Below are positions 28,116 through 37,055 of a stretch of 64,000 nt of DNA, in pieces. The stretch is taken from IMG/VR virus record IMGVR_UViG_3300022204_000005. One strand, written 5' to 3'. The stretch comes from a virus. The position numbers were made by a program, and so were the translations under genes. Within the stretch, counting starts at the first letter, position 1. Each line of letters begins with the position of its first letter. The notes under the pieces are model-generated. The model saw nothing but the letters and a program-made list of their open reading frames with translations. It did no database searches and had not been told where the DNA came from.

Positions 28116-28646
28116 ATGACCCTACAACACTCCTCAAACCTTGAAAAATTACGAGATCATGTCTTCAGAATGGAGATAGAGGATGTAGGGGCATGGGCTA
28201 TTCTTTGGTGTAAGCAATATAAAGCGGTGGAGAAGGACTATGTTTTGGAACACAGTCCTTTTCAGACCGTTGAGGAAATTGAAAAGGCAGCAATAAAAGC
28301 CCGATTGGCGCAGAAAATTGTATTTGAACAGCATATAGAACTGTTCTTGAAATATGCTGAAGAGCTTGGCTACACCTCTCCGGTCTATACCGCAAGGAGC
28401 GTTGGTCAACAGAAAGCCTTTGCCCAATACTATAAACCGCTATACTCCCCGGCCCTCTATGCCGGGAAAAAAAGAAAGGCTGGCCATATCAGCCTTGAAT
28501 TAATCCTTACCTACTCACCCACAACTTGGTCCTTTAATAAGGCCAAGAAAGAAGCCTTAGAGCTTGCGAAGACCTACAATCTGCCCTTTGCATCCAATGC
28601 ACGAGCCTACGCTAGGCTAGAGGAGCTGACCTATGACGACGAATGA
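28116..28646 (+). CDS. hypothetical protein
   Basis: ORF track. Confidence 0.65.
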   Translation: MTLQHSSNLEKLRDHVFRMEIEDVGAWAILWCKQYKAVEKDYVLEHSPFQTVEEIEKAAIKARLAQKIVFEQHIELFLKYAEELGYTSPVYTARSVGQQKAFAQYYKPLYSPALYAGKKRKAGHISLELILTYSPTTWSFNKAKKEALELAKTYNLPFASNARAYARLEELTYDDE

Positions 28647-28854
28647 AAAGACCATTGTGGTCGAAGTCAAGGAAATCTATACCAAGACCATTGAGTTGGT
28701 CGTAACCTCTTATTCCGATAAGGAAATCCAAGAGGCTCTTGACCGGGCTCAGGTACAGGCTGAGAACGGATATGGACGGTTGGACTTTCATTCCGAGATG
28801 TCTCAGGATGAGTGGAATGTCTATGATGCAGACGGCAATGTCCTGCACCCGTAA
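28633..28854 (+). CDS. hypothetical protein
   Basis: ORF track; GAGGAG SD. Confidence 0.65.
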   Translation: MTTNEKTIVVEVKEIYTKTIELVVTSYSDKEIQEALDRAQVQAENGYGRLDFHSEMSQDEWNVYDADGNVLHP

Positions 28855-28876
28855 ACTTTTTGAAGTTTCTTTACCG

Positions 28877-28920
28877 GAAAGTGATCAAATAGGGTACGGG
28901 ACGGTCTATAGGATGAGAGG
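28877..28920 (+). promoter_or_regulatory. putative phage promoter module X, copy 2
   Basis: 32/33 nt identical to 2181-2213; 3' end CTATAGGATGAGAGG identical to module Y1. Confidence 0.55.
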
Positions 28921-28929
28921 ATATACAAA

Positions 28930-29538
28930 GTGGACCTTGTTTTAACCATCAAACCCGAAGATATTGAGGCTGCACGTCTAGTCGGAATGAACCCGATAGA
29001 TTCCTATAGGGATATACCTTATCCTTCCAACCCGAGATTGGTATCCTTTCATTTCGCAGACCTTGACTATGGTTGGGTGGGGGAGGTAAAAATACTAAAG
29101 GATTCAGGTCTCTCTTTTCATTTGGAATACGAGGCTGGGGAAAGCTGTAGTGCGGGGGCCTACGTTTCAGTGGATGGGGAGGGGATGAGGGTGGTGACTG
29201 TAGAATATTCCCCTGAGAAGTATACCCCGACCTCCATTTGGCCTATTACTGTAGAGAGCCTAATTGAGGAATACAATTTTGAAAACCTAAAGACAGCTTT
29301 CTTTGCGGGTGACAACCACCCAGGTATGCTTACAACCCAAACGACGCTCAGTTGTTCTGAGGTCTTAGAGAGGCTTAGGTCCTGGGAAGACCTAACAAAA
29401 ATAGATTGCATAGACACTATATCTGGAGTCCTCGCCTACATTGTAGACGACGCGATTCCAGACTATGCTCTTCACGTATTGAGGCAATATGAGCAATTCC
29501 ATTTCCTTCGGATAATTGCTATGTTGCTCTACACCTAA
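28930..29538 (+). CDS. hypothetical protein, family B copy 1
   Basis: L.IKPED...PITVESLIEEYNF..L..AFF shared with 29574 and 30663. Confidence 0.7.
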   Translation: MDLVLTIKPEDIEAARLVGMNPIDSYRDIPYPSNPRLVSFHFADLDYGWVGEVKILKDSGLSFHLEYEAGESCSAGAYVSVDGEGMRVVTVEYSPEKYTPTSIWPITVESLIEEYNFENLKTAFFAGDNHPGMLTTQTTLSCSEVLERLRSWEDLTKIDCIDTISGVLAYIVDDAIPDYALHVLRQYEQFHFLRIIAMLLYT

Positions 29539-29573
29539 TACAAACACACCACACACAAGAGAGAGACCTTATT

Positions 29574-30212
29574 ATGGGCGATGGAACTTGGGCTACCCTT
29601 ATTATCAGACCTGAAGACCTTGAAAGAGTGGGAGGGGGCTTCAACGGATTGCACCCCTCTAATACAGAGGACCCCGAGCCCTGGTCAGACTATACGGGTG
29701 AAGGTTTGGGGTTGGGCTTGTTCATCTACGAATTTGATGAAGTCTCCTATGGGGGGTTAGACGATTACGAAGTCTTGGCAAAGGAGAAGGTTTCCTTTTC
29801 TCTCGACCACGGGGCTGCGGGAGAGTTTTGTGCTGAGGAAGTGGTTTGTGTCGGGGAACATTGTATCACCCGACCTCTTCTTAACACGGCAGACTCCGCC
29901 GCTTACCTACCTATCAACGTCGCAACCCTTGTCGAGAACTACAATTTCGATAGGCTCTATAAAGCTTTCTTTGCAGGGAAAGAGAAAGCAATCCAAATCT
30001 TTCTTGGTGCTACCGAAACCCAGAGATATGTTCTGGAAGGTCTCCGAAGTTGGGAAGATTTGAATGAGCTTGCAAAACACGACGTTATCAGTGTGGTCCT
30101 TACCTTGGGCAATACTGATAAAGTCGTGCAAGACTATGCTCTATCAGCCCTCGATAGTTTTGAGGATGCCAAGCCTTTCCTCCAGATGGTCTCTTTCCAG
30201 AAATATAGCTAA
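29574..30212 (+). CDS. hypothetical protein, family B copy 2
   Basis: PINVATLVENYNFDRLYKAFF; CA-rich leader. Confidence 0.7.
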   Translation: MGDGTWATLIIRPEDLERVGGGFNGLHPSNTEDPEPWSDYTGEGLGLGLFIYEFDEVSYGGLDDYEVLAKEKVSFSLDHGAAGEFCAEEVVCVGEHCITRPLLNTADSAAYLPINVATLVENYNFDRLYKAFFAGKEKAIQIFLGATETQRYVLEGLRSWEDLNELAKHDVISVVLTLGNTDKVVQDYALSALDSFEDAKPFLQMVSFQKYS

Positions 30213-30227
30213 AAGGAGCTAAACGTC

Positions 30228-30656
30228 ATGAGCTATTCCTTACGAATGGTGAAGAAAGGGTGGGAGCACCCCACCGAATACAGATACGTTTTGAAGGAAA
30301 GAGCCTATAAGGAGAAATACATCCCCTTATGTGGCAGGTCCTATACACAAGACCTCCAAGAGTGGATGGATGAAAGAGCCGCATGGAAGGGCGAAGGTCC
30401 TTACGAGGAATATGCGGAAGATGCACCGCAATACAGCCTCTACATGCCGGAATGGAGTGAGGAAGAGAAAACCCACTATCAAATCTACGAAACAATCTCC
30501 GAAGGTACTCCCCTATGCCCCCCTTGTGAAACACCCGAGGAGGCTGCGAGATATGTCAGTGAAAACTTTGAGGGGAGTGTTGACTATTGGCTTTTTGTTA
30601 TTGAGCAAAAGTGGGTCCCTTCCCTCGTATATATAAAACCCCCTTCAAAGAGCTAA
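30228..30656 (+). CDS. conserved phage hypothetical protein (YETISEGTP motif)
   Basis: ORF track; AAGGAG SD. Confidence 0.7.
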   Translation: MSYSLRMVKKGWEHPTEYRYVLKERAYKEKYIPLCGRSYTQDLQEWMDERAAWKGEGPYEEYAEDAPQYSLYMPEWSEEEKTHYQIYETISEGTPLCPPCETPEEAARYVSENFEGSVDYWLFVIEQKWVPSLVYIKPPSKS

Positions 30657-30662
30657 AAGACA

Positions 30663-31289
30663 ATGGGCTACGTACAACTTGAAATTCAAAAAGAGGATTA
30701 CCTTCGGGTAAAAGACAAACTCAATGGGCTTCGACAAAAAGAAGCCTATCACACTGCAGAAAGAGGGGAAATTCTGTTCTTTCAATTTGGCTCTACGCCT
30801 GTAGACTTTGACTCAGATATCAGAGTTCTTGAAAAGGAGAAAGCCAATTTCCGTTTGGTCTACTCCATCTCGGAGGACTTTGACGAAGAGGTGTTGTGGC
30901 TTGGGGGACAAGAATTCCTCCAAAACATCACGACCGGGGACGGAGTTGGTTGGACTACCCAACCCATCCGGTTGGATGCTCTTGTTACCGAATACAACTA
31001 CAGTCTAGTACGGCCAGCGTTCTATGATGGTAAAAAAGAGTGCCCGATACTTCTGAGGGATACCGATACTCCCTACCCCAAAAACCCCGGCAGTATAAAA
31101 GAGAAAATCTGGGCTTGGGGGTCTCTTTCCAGAGATGAAAAAACCGCTACGGTAACTGGTTTCATGGAGCTTAAACCCTCCAATGAAAAGCAAGCGGTGT
31201 TTATAGAGTTGAAAGCTGTGCTCGTGCAGAACAAAGAAAAAGACCTGCTGAAGATTCTCTATTTTCAGCAAGTCAATGAAATAGGATAA
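30663..31289 (+). CDS. hypothetical protein, family B copy 3
   Basis: PIRLDALVTEYNYSLVRPAF. Confidence 0.65.
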   Translation: MGYVQLEIQKEDYLRVKDKLNGLRQKEAYHTAERGEILFFQFGSTPVDFDSDIRVLEKEKANFRLVYSISEDFDEEVLWLGGQEFLQNITTGDGVGWTTQPIRLDALVTEYNYSLVRPAFYDGKKECPILLRDTDTPYPKNPGSIKEKIWAWGSLSRDEKTATVTGFMELKPSNEKQAVFIELKAVLVQNKEKDLLKILYFQQVNEIG

Positions 31290-31293
31290 AGTC

Positions 31294-31812
31294 ATGTCAA
31301 AACCAGTTACCACTTCTGCTGATCTTTTGCTCCATCTTCGGGAAGCCTCTAATTGTCTTCAGGAAGAACTGAAGATTGTTGAGGGGGATGAAATTCTCAG
31401 GGAGATTGGGATGCAGCTCCAATCTTTTCTTGAATACATCCAAACCAATTACAGTAGGGAGGCTACCCTGAACCAAGCTATCTTCGTCTGGGAAGACCAA
31501 GAAGATGGTTTTGCCCTTCTCCTTTTCCCGGCAAGACCGGGGGATTCTCCGGGGACGATTATGGGCATGCCTATGGCTTTTGATCACGCCCATTGTGCTT
31601 GGGGAATGCTTTGGGGAGACAAAGACCGGATTTGGTATTCCTATCCACTGAACTTTGTGGATAAACCCAAGGTCACGGAAGTCAAACTCACTAATCTGGA
31701 CAGCTATGAGCCCCCCGAGGATGTTGTTGAGAATTCTGTGGATTTGGCTTGTACTATCGTTGAAGAGCTGACCGTCGAGATGTGGCGAGTTCACTTCAAC
31801 CAGTTCCACTGA
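31294..31812 (+). CDS. hypothetical protein, paralog of 32503..33081
   Basis: FPARPGDSPG...W.ML.G vs FPTRMGEAPG...WEMLEG. Confidence 0.7.
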   Translation: MSKPVTTSADLLLHLREASNCLQEELKIVEGDEILREIGMQLQSFLEYIQTNYSREATLNQAIFVWEDQEDGFALLLFPARPGDSPGTIMGMPMAFDHAHCAWGMLWGDKDRIWYSYPLNFVDKPKVTEVKLTNLDSYEPPEDVVENSVDLACTIVEELTVEMWRVHFNQFH

Positions 31813-31819
31813 AAAACCC

Positions 31820-31848
31820 TTGACAGGGCTCTGAAGAAGAGCTACTGT
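31820..31848 (+). promoter_or_regulatory. sigma70-type promoter
   Basis: TTGACA-17-TACTGT. Confidence 0.65.
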
Positions 31849-31850
31849 TG

Positions 31851-32010
31851 CTCTCACGGTTGGGACGTGACTGTCGAGGTTAAAACCCGACCGTGTGTAA
31901 GAGAGAGGTTCACGGTGGTATCGACTCCCTCTTATGTGGTAAACGGACCCACTATGTCTGTTGCCCAAAAGTACCCCACCCCCCCTATGAACTTGGAGGG
32001 GGTGGGGTGC
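31851..32010 (+). ncRNA. structured leader / small ncRNA candidate
   Basis: ACGGTTGGG/CCCGACCGT 9-bp stem, second stem TAAGAG/CTCTTA, loop-loop complementarity, terminal 13-bp GC hairpin. Confidence 0.45.
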
Positions 32011-32051
32011 CTCACTTCACCACACACAAACACACCACAGAGACATACACT

Positions 32052-32456
32052 ATGGACTACTTTGGTATTGGACGAAGCAACTACTTCAAAGTCAAGGACC
32101 CTATCAGCTTCAGTAATGAAGCTATTGATGTGGGTCTACAATTTATCAAAAAGACTTTTGCAGATGACATCACTCGTTACGGGTGTATTGCTGAAGAGGA
32201 TTGGCCTTCCTCTTATATTGACAAAGATGACTGTGAGCAAGACTTTGACATTGTGGAGTTTATCAAAAAGCATCTTGCTGACGGAGAGGTTGCTGTCCTT
32301 ATGACTACAGGGTACGAGGGCACCCGTATTCTTGTTGGGCAAGCACTCGCTATTGCTTGGGATGGTCGGGTTGAGGATATTGATCTTGAGCAAATCTATG
32401 ACATTGCTGCCAAGATGAAAGGCCCGGACAAGATTGTAACCAGAGCCGCTTACTAA
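32052..32456 (+). CDS. conserved phage hypothetical protein (RSNYFKVKD motif)
   Basis: ORF 31893..32456, start moved after CA-rich leader. Confidence 0.7.
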   Translation: MDYFGIGRSNYFKVKDPISFSNEAIDVGLQFIKKTFADDITRYGCIAEEDWPSSYIDKDDCEQDFDIVEFIKKHLADGEVAVLMTTGYEGTRILVGQALAIAWDGRVEDIDLEQIYDIAAKMKGPDKIVTRAAY

Positions 32457-32502
32457 AGGGATTACAACCCCGATAACTTCATCTTACTGTAAAGAGGCAG
32501 AA

Positions 32503-33081
32503 ATGATAAAATCAAAACCGTCAACAAGCCCAAGAATGTACCTAGACCTAGCGGTCAAGAATCTCAAAGAAGTACAAAGACTGGCATCCCCGGAGGATAA
32601 AGACCTTTGGGAAGGGGTGGATATCCCCAACCTTGAACCTATCCTTGAGACTCTTAAGGAGTTTGCAGAGGATTTGGAATGGTTTTCGTCGAGTGCGAAC
32701 TATCGCAATCATTGTGTAGCACAATGGGTTAACGAAGAAGAAAACCATCTCCGAGTCATTTTCCCCACTCGTATGGGTGAAGCACCTGGGATGGTACTCT
32801 CTTTGAATATGGTTTACAGGCACATGGTTGGGGAGTGGGAAATGCTTGAAGGCCCCAACGAGAGCTTGTGGAAAGAGGTTCCTCTAATGGAGGTCGGAAA
32901 CCCCTTTATCCCCACAAAGCTTGAAGATGTCCAGAACCATCTTTGTGGGCTTTTGGAGGTGGCGGTAACCCTTCGTACCGATATGGATACCCAACTTTGG
33001 CTAGAGGTCGTGCTGGCGACGGATGGGGCCGCTACAGAAAGAGAAAAAAAGTTCTTGACAAGACCACCCTTCAAGAAGTAG
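32503..33081 (+). CDS. hypothetical protein, paralog of 31294..31812
   Basis: shared motif; GAGG SD. Confidence 0.7.
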   Translation: MIKSKPSTSPRMYLDLAVKNLKEVQRLASPEDKDLWEGVDIPNLEPILETLKEFAEDLEWFSSSANYRNHCVAQWVNEEENHLRVIFPTRMGEAPGMVLSLNMVYRHMVGEWEMLEGPNESLWKEVPLMEVGNPFIPTKLEDVQNHLCGLLEVAVTLRTDMDTQLWLEVVLATDGAATEREKKFLTRPPFKK

Positions 33082-33084
33082 AGT
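33055..33084 (+). promoter_or_regulatory. sigma70-type promoter (-10 box contains upstream stop codon)
   Basis: TTGACA-18-TAGAGT. Confidence 0.55.
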
Positions 33085-33140
33085 CAGTCTCGTTGAGAGG
33101 TCCTCAAGGTTGTCTAGCCCTGGGGACCCCAACAAAACTC

Positions 33141-33169
33141 TTGACAAGCCAAGAGAGAGTCGTTAGACT
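33141..33169 (+). promoter_or_regulatory. sigma70-type promoter for tRNA-Leu
   Basis: TTGACA-17-TAGACT. Confidence 0.65.
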
Positions 33170-33225
33170 CTGGGGCAGGTCGAGAGAGTCTTTGACAAGT
33201 CAATAGCAATCAAGACTGTTTTTTT

Positions 33226-33298
33226 GGGAGTGTAGCCCAACGGCAGAGGCACGGGACTTAAAATCCCGCCAGTGTGGGTTCGACTCCCACCACTCCTA
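33226..33298 (+). tRNA. trnL: tRNA-Leu(TAA), short variable loop, 73 nt, CCA not encoded
   Basis: acceptor GGGAGTG/CACTCCT; anticodon arm CGGGA-CTTAAAA-TCCCG; T-arm GTGGG-TTCGACT-CCCAC. Confidence 0.9.
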
Positions 33299-33423
33299 TT
33301 GAATCATAAGGGCTGAAGGTCATTGGTTATCTTTTGATTAAAACTTACCAACGACCACAAATTTACCCTATAGATTCAAATTCATACACACACAAACACA
33401 CCACACACAAGAGAGGAAACGTA

Positions 33424-33918
33424 ATGGGTTCCAAAGACCTGAAATACTTTCTAAAAACGAAACAAAATGAGCCTCACCCTCAGTTTGAGGAGCACCCATT
33501 TTATTGGGCAAACACCAATTGGTCCGGTGGGTTTAAACTTAGCGTAAACAAAAATTTCGACTTTGTTACGGTTTGTTTGAAACAAAGAGGTCGGGACGGG
33601 CAAAGGGTCCCTGGGCTTATCGTAGAGAGTAAAGACGCCCTCTTTGAAGGAGAGCGTATCTGGGAAACGTTTTGGCGTAAGCTCAGGCATATTCGTGACC
33701 TGCCCGAAGTCCTACCAGAACCTATCCAAGGTGCGAAGGTTCGTATCGATGACCAATGGTATTTCACCAGTGATTACCTGGGCTGGTGCCTGATTAAATC
33801 CTATGAAACCGGGGAGACCCTCCTTAGAGGAACCTCGGATGATTTCACTGAAAGTAAAAGACACCTCTTCCAATCCGTGAAAGAGCTAAGAGCAGTTTGC
33901 TATAAGCGAATTGAGTAA
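33424..33918 (+). CDS. hypothetical protein
   Basis: ORF 33334..33918, start moved after CA-rich leader and GAGG SD. Confidence 0.7.
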   Translation: MGSKDLKYFLKTKQNEPHPQFEEHPFYWANTNWSGGFKLSVNKNFDFVTVCLKQRGRDGQRVPGLIVESKDALFEGERIWETFWRKLRHIRDLPEVLPEPIQGAKVRIDDQWYFTSDYLGWCLIKSYETGETLLRGTSDDFTESKRHLFQSVKELRAVCYKRIE

Positions 33919-34107
33919 AACCTTTCACCCCCGAGTCAGGGACTGTGTTGCACAGTGGATACGTAAGGACTTCTGTTCCAGGGAATCCTTACGTAAGCCT
34001 CACGCCAATGCTTATTAGAGCTGGAACCTCTAAAGGGATTGGTTTGCGACTTATTGAGGTTCGATACCTCAGTCGGGGAACTTTTTTCCTACAGGAGCAC
34101 ACGAACA

Positions 34108-34599
34108 ATGATTTACGAACTACACAAACAAAACTTTGAGATTGACAAATGCGCTGTCTTTCGTAGAACACGAGATGAGTTTGGTGCTCTGTCCAATATG
34201 GCCAAAGGATTCCCCATCTCCTTTATGGGGGAAACCTGGGATTCATCGGAAGCCCTATACCAGTCCTTTAGATTCCCCGATAAACCGGGGATTAAAGAAG
34301 AGATCCGTCTTGCGGAGTCTCCGATGGAATCCAAAAGGGTTTCGAGGTCCTTTGACTCTTTGACTCGACCGGATTGGGAAGTGATAAGAGGCAAAGCGAT
34401 GCGGCTTTCGCTTATCTCAAAGTTCTCTCAAAACCCACAAGCCCTAGAGGTGTTGAAAAGCACCGGACATAAAATGATTGTGGAATATTCGGTCCACGAT
34501 GATTTTTGGGGAGCCCACCCTACGGAAGATGAAAATATCTTGCATGGGTTCAATATGTTAGGCCGACTTCTGGTAGAAGTACGAAACAATTGGCCATGA
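34108..34599 (+). CDS. NADAR family protein (YbiA-like)
   Basis: FGALSNM...SSEALYQS.RF...K.SQNP.....L..TG...IVE.S..DDFWG...G.NMLGRLL.EVR. Confidence 0.85.
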   Translation: MIYELHKQNFEIDKCAVFRRTRDEFGALSNMAKGFPISFMGETWDSSEALYQSFRFPDKPGIKEEIRLAESPMESKRVSRSFDSLTRPDWEVIRGKAMRLSLISKFSQNPQALEVLKSTGHKMIVEYSVHDDFWGAHPTEDENILHGFNMLGRLLVEVRNNWP

Positions 34600-35159
34600 A
34601 AACTTGGAAGATTGAAGCTTTTATTGCTGCAATTATCCTCTTCACCCCCCTACTCTTTTTGCCTTCTGGCTATGTAGGGTGGATAGGGACTGTTGCAGTC
34701 TTTGTATCCTTCCTTCATGGTCAGGTCGCTGAGAGGCTTTCTGCTAAGCAGGTGTCTGTACCCTCTAAGGGTTATGTCCCCTGTCACAAATGGGAGCGTA
34801 TTTACTTCCTGGCTAAAGAGGTGTTGTGGTTAGGATACTTTATAGTGCTGCAAGCGTGGCCTGCTCTTATAGGTGTAGGGCTCTTTATCCTTTACAGGAT
34901 TTGGAGGATGCAGTACACAGCATGGAGAGATAAGAGGCGTACGGTGAAACCTGAGCCCCAAATACAATTCAAATACAAAGAGATTCCTTCAGAGATGAGG
35001 ATTCTCAGAAAATACACAATCACATCGAAACGAAAAATCTTGGAAGAGAAAACCAAATTTGAGAATGGACACCTTCTATGGAAACATCTAGGCCGACCCG
35101 TAGAGTCTTGGCATTTGGATGTTGCTCTGGTAGAAGGTTTCTATGTGCAATATAGCTGA
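34596..35159 (+). CDS. membrane protein
   Basis: four hydrophobic segments; ATGA overlap. Confidence 0.7.
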   Translation: MKTWKIEAFIAAIILFTPLLFLPSGYVGWIGTVAVFVSFLHGQVAERLSAKQVSVPSKGYVPCHKWERIYFLAKEVLWLGYFIVLQAWPALIGVGLFILYRIWRMQYTAWRDKRRTVKPEPQIQFKYKEIPSEMRILRKYTITSKRKILEEKTKFENGHLLWKHLGRPVESWHLDVALVEGFYVQYS

Positions 35160-35170
35160 GGGAAACAGTC

Positions 35171-35668
35171 ATGGACCTAACCCCCCCTAAGTCTCCGATA
35201 GACATACAGATAAGGAATCTATTTGACGTTACCAAAAGGGAGGAAAGAACCTCTGATGGGTTCCGTATCTATCGATACACTCTAAGTAATGATATGGTCA
35301 TTGTTCATAACTTTAACACATGGGGGCTGACGATACAATTTAACCCCCCATGTGGAGAGTTCTATGAAGCGATGACATTGGGGCAGATTCAGACGGCTAT
35401 CAAGACTTATGAACATGCCTATAACTCAGCAAAACCCTATTGGAGGAATTTTGAGATTATTTGGGGGAATAAGGAATACTTCACTGAAGCTACCGTGGTT
35501 ATAGATGATGGCTTCAAAGTAGAGCTGTATGATTTTGAAGGGAAAGTTACCACACCTTTTTTTGATACAATCCACTTTGAATACGAGTCTATGGCGACCT
35601 CGCGCCAAGACCTTAAAAAGGCCCTGGTAGATCATCTCCATAAAGTTAGAGGGAACAGTCATGGATAA
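35171..35668 (+). CDS. hypothetical protein
   Basis: ORF track; GAGGG SD. Confidence 0.65.
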   Translation: MDLTPPKSPIDIQIRNLFDVTKREERTSDGFRIYRYTLSNDMVIVHNFNTWGLTIQFNPPCGEFYEAMTLGQIQTAIKTYEHAYNSAKPYWRNFEIIWGNKEYFTEATVVIDDGFKVELYDFEGKVTTPFFDTIHFEYESMATSRQDLKKALVDHLHKVRGNSHG

Positions 35669-36188
35669 GTTGATTATGTCAACCTTTGAGCCTGTCAAAA
35701 GACAGGAATTTCAAGATCACCTTAGGAAAAAGCTCAAGAGTATCCGTTACCGTTTGGAAAATGGAATTGAAATATCTTGGAGCCCTGATGACCTAGGCTT
35801 GGAGATACTGATTCCTAAAGGAAATGTTCCCTTTTTGAATATGGGCTCGCCCGTCCGAGCGGAATCCTTTGAACAAATGGAAAGGGCTGTAAAGAGAATC
35901 AGCAATCTCATGGAGAGAGCTGATACAATCTGGAAGGACCCTCTCCCTGTATGGATACACCACGATATAAAGAAACCTGCTGTGCATGTAAAGTTGGGTG
36001 ATTTTAATCTCACCCTTCAAAACACAAAGGGCGAGATTAGTTGTATGCTCGGTGGGATTCGCTTTACCTATGATTGCCTCGAAGAATCTCCCGCCCAAGT
36101 AAGGGTAGCCTGGGGTAAACTGCTGGATGAAAAAATCGAAGAATTGAAAGATATGAAAAACGTTCATTGGGAGCTTTATCATGTTTAA
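35661..36188 (+). CDS. hypothetical protein
   Basis: same GAGGGAA(A)CAGTCATGGA start context as 35171. Confidence 0.65.
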   Translation: MDKLIMSTFEPVKRQEFQDHLRKKLKSIRYRLENGIEISWSPDDLGLEILIPKGNVPFLNMGSPVRAESFEQMERAVKRISNLMERADTIWKDPLPVWIHHDIKKPAVHVKLGDFNLTLQNTKGEISCMLGGIRFTYDCLEESPAQVRVAWGKLLDEKIEELKDMKNVHWELYHV

Positions 36189-36450
36189 AGACAAGATAGA
36201 CCTATTGGTTCATGTTGCTACGGAACTAGGTTCAACTAGCCTCTATGGGCAACATGGACTGTCCAACCCGTTTCAATTCCCCGACTACTGCTGTAAGATT
36301 GCAGGAGTCGATATCACTGCGTCTCTCAATGATATATCTTTGAGGGCACAAAGAGACGGGGGGCCTGTAGAAGAACTATTCTTCCCCTTTGACCAAGATG
36401 CCTTTGAAGGCTTTCTCAAAGAAGTGGGTGGTCTGGAAGAGACCTCTTGA
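36181..36450 (+). CDS. hypothetical protein
   Basis: ORF track; GGGAG SD; stop TGA lies in a -35 box. Confidence 0.6.
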   Translation: MFKDKIDLLVHVATELGSTSLYGQHGLSNPFQFPDYCCKIAGVDITASLNDISLRAQRDGGPVEELFFPFDQDAFEGFLKEVGGLEETS

Positions 36451-36475
36451 CAGCCTCTCCGGGGAGTGTTACACT
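36447..36475 (+). promoter_or_regulatory. sigma70-type promoter for tRNA-Trp
   Basis: TTGACA-17-TACACT; near-duplicate of 37052. Confidence 0.7.
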
Positions 36476-36477
36476 CT

Positions 36478-36549
36478 AGGTCCGTGGTGTAATTGGCAGC
36501 ATGAAAGATTCCAAACCTTTTGGCGGGGGTTCGAGTCCCTCCGGGCCTG
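36478..36549 (+). tRNA. trnW: tRNA-Trp(CCA)
   Basis: acceptor AGGTCCG/CGGGCCT; anticodon loop TTCCAAA; T-arm GGGGG-TTCGAGT-CCCTC. Confidence 0.9.
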
Positions 36550-36770
36550 TAAAGTATGAGCGTTTAGCAAATGCTCTTGTAATACTTCAGTTTCTAGTGT
36601 TCGGTCTTATAGGAGCATTCCTTTTCATCTTTTGGTTTTACGTTACCCTTTTTCAGGAACTGTAACATGAAATACGAAGTAGAATTTGTCTTCACTATGA
36701 AGACTATAAGGAACTTTCTTATAGGAGTAGGTCTTGGGCTCCTAATATATACACTTTTTGAGCTGATTGC

Positions 36771-37055
36771 ATGAGCTATACTCCCTTACAACTAAAGACA
36801 TTCCATAAAGCCTCTATCTATAATAAAGGCGACATTGAAATCTCCGAACAGTGTGGGTGTTTTTATTGTGAGAAAACCTTCCCCGCAAAGGATGTTGTTA
36901 AATACATTGACAAAGGAAGAACAGGTGTTTGTCCCCTTTGTGATATAGATGCTGTTCTACCGGATGCTACCGTTACGGTAACCCCCGAACTTCTGTCTGC
37001 GATGTATTGGAAATGGTTTGTGTTGAGATCTTCGGACGGTCAAGAAACCTCTTGA
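36771..37055 (+). CDS. conserved Cys-rich cytoplasmic protein
   Basis: CGCFYC...YID...T.VCPLC.IDAV pattern. Confidence 0.7.
   Translation: MSYTPLQLKTFHKASIYNKGDIEISEQCGCFYCEKTFPAKDVVKYIDKGRTGVCPLCDIDAVLPDATVTVTPELLSAMYWKWFVLRSSDGQETS

Noticed and set aside
33192-33220. Third TTGACA before tRNA-Leu as a promoter
   Set aside because: No TAnnnT at 16-18 nt spacing.
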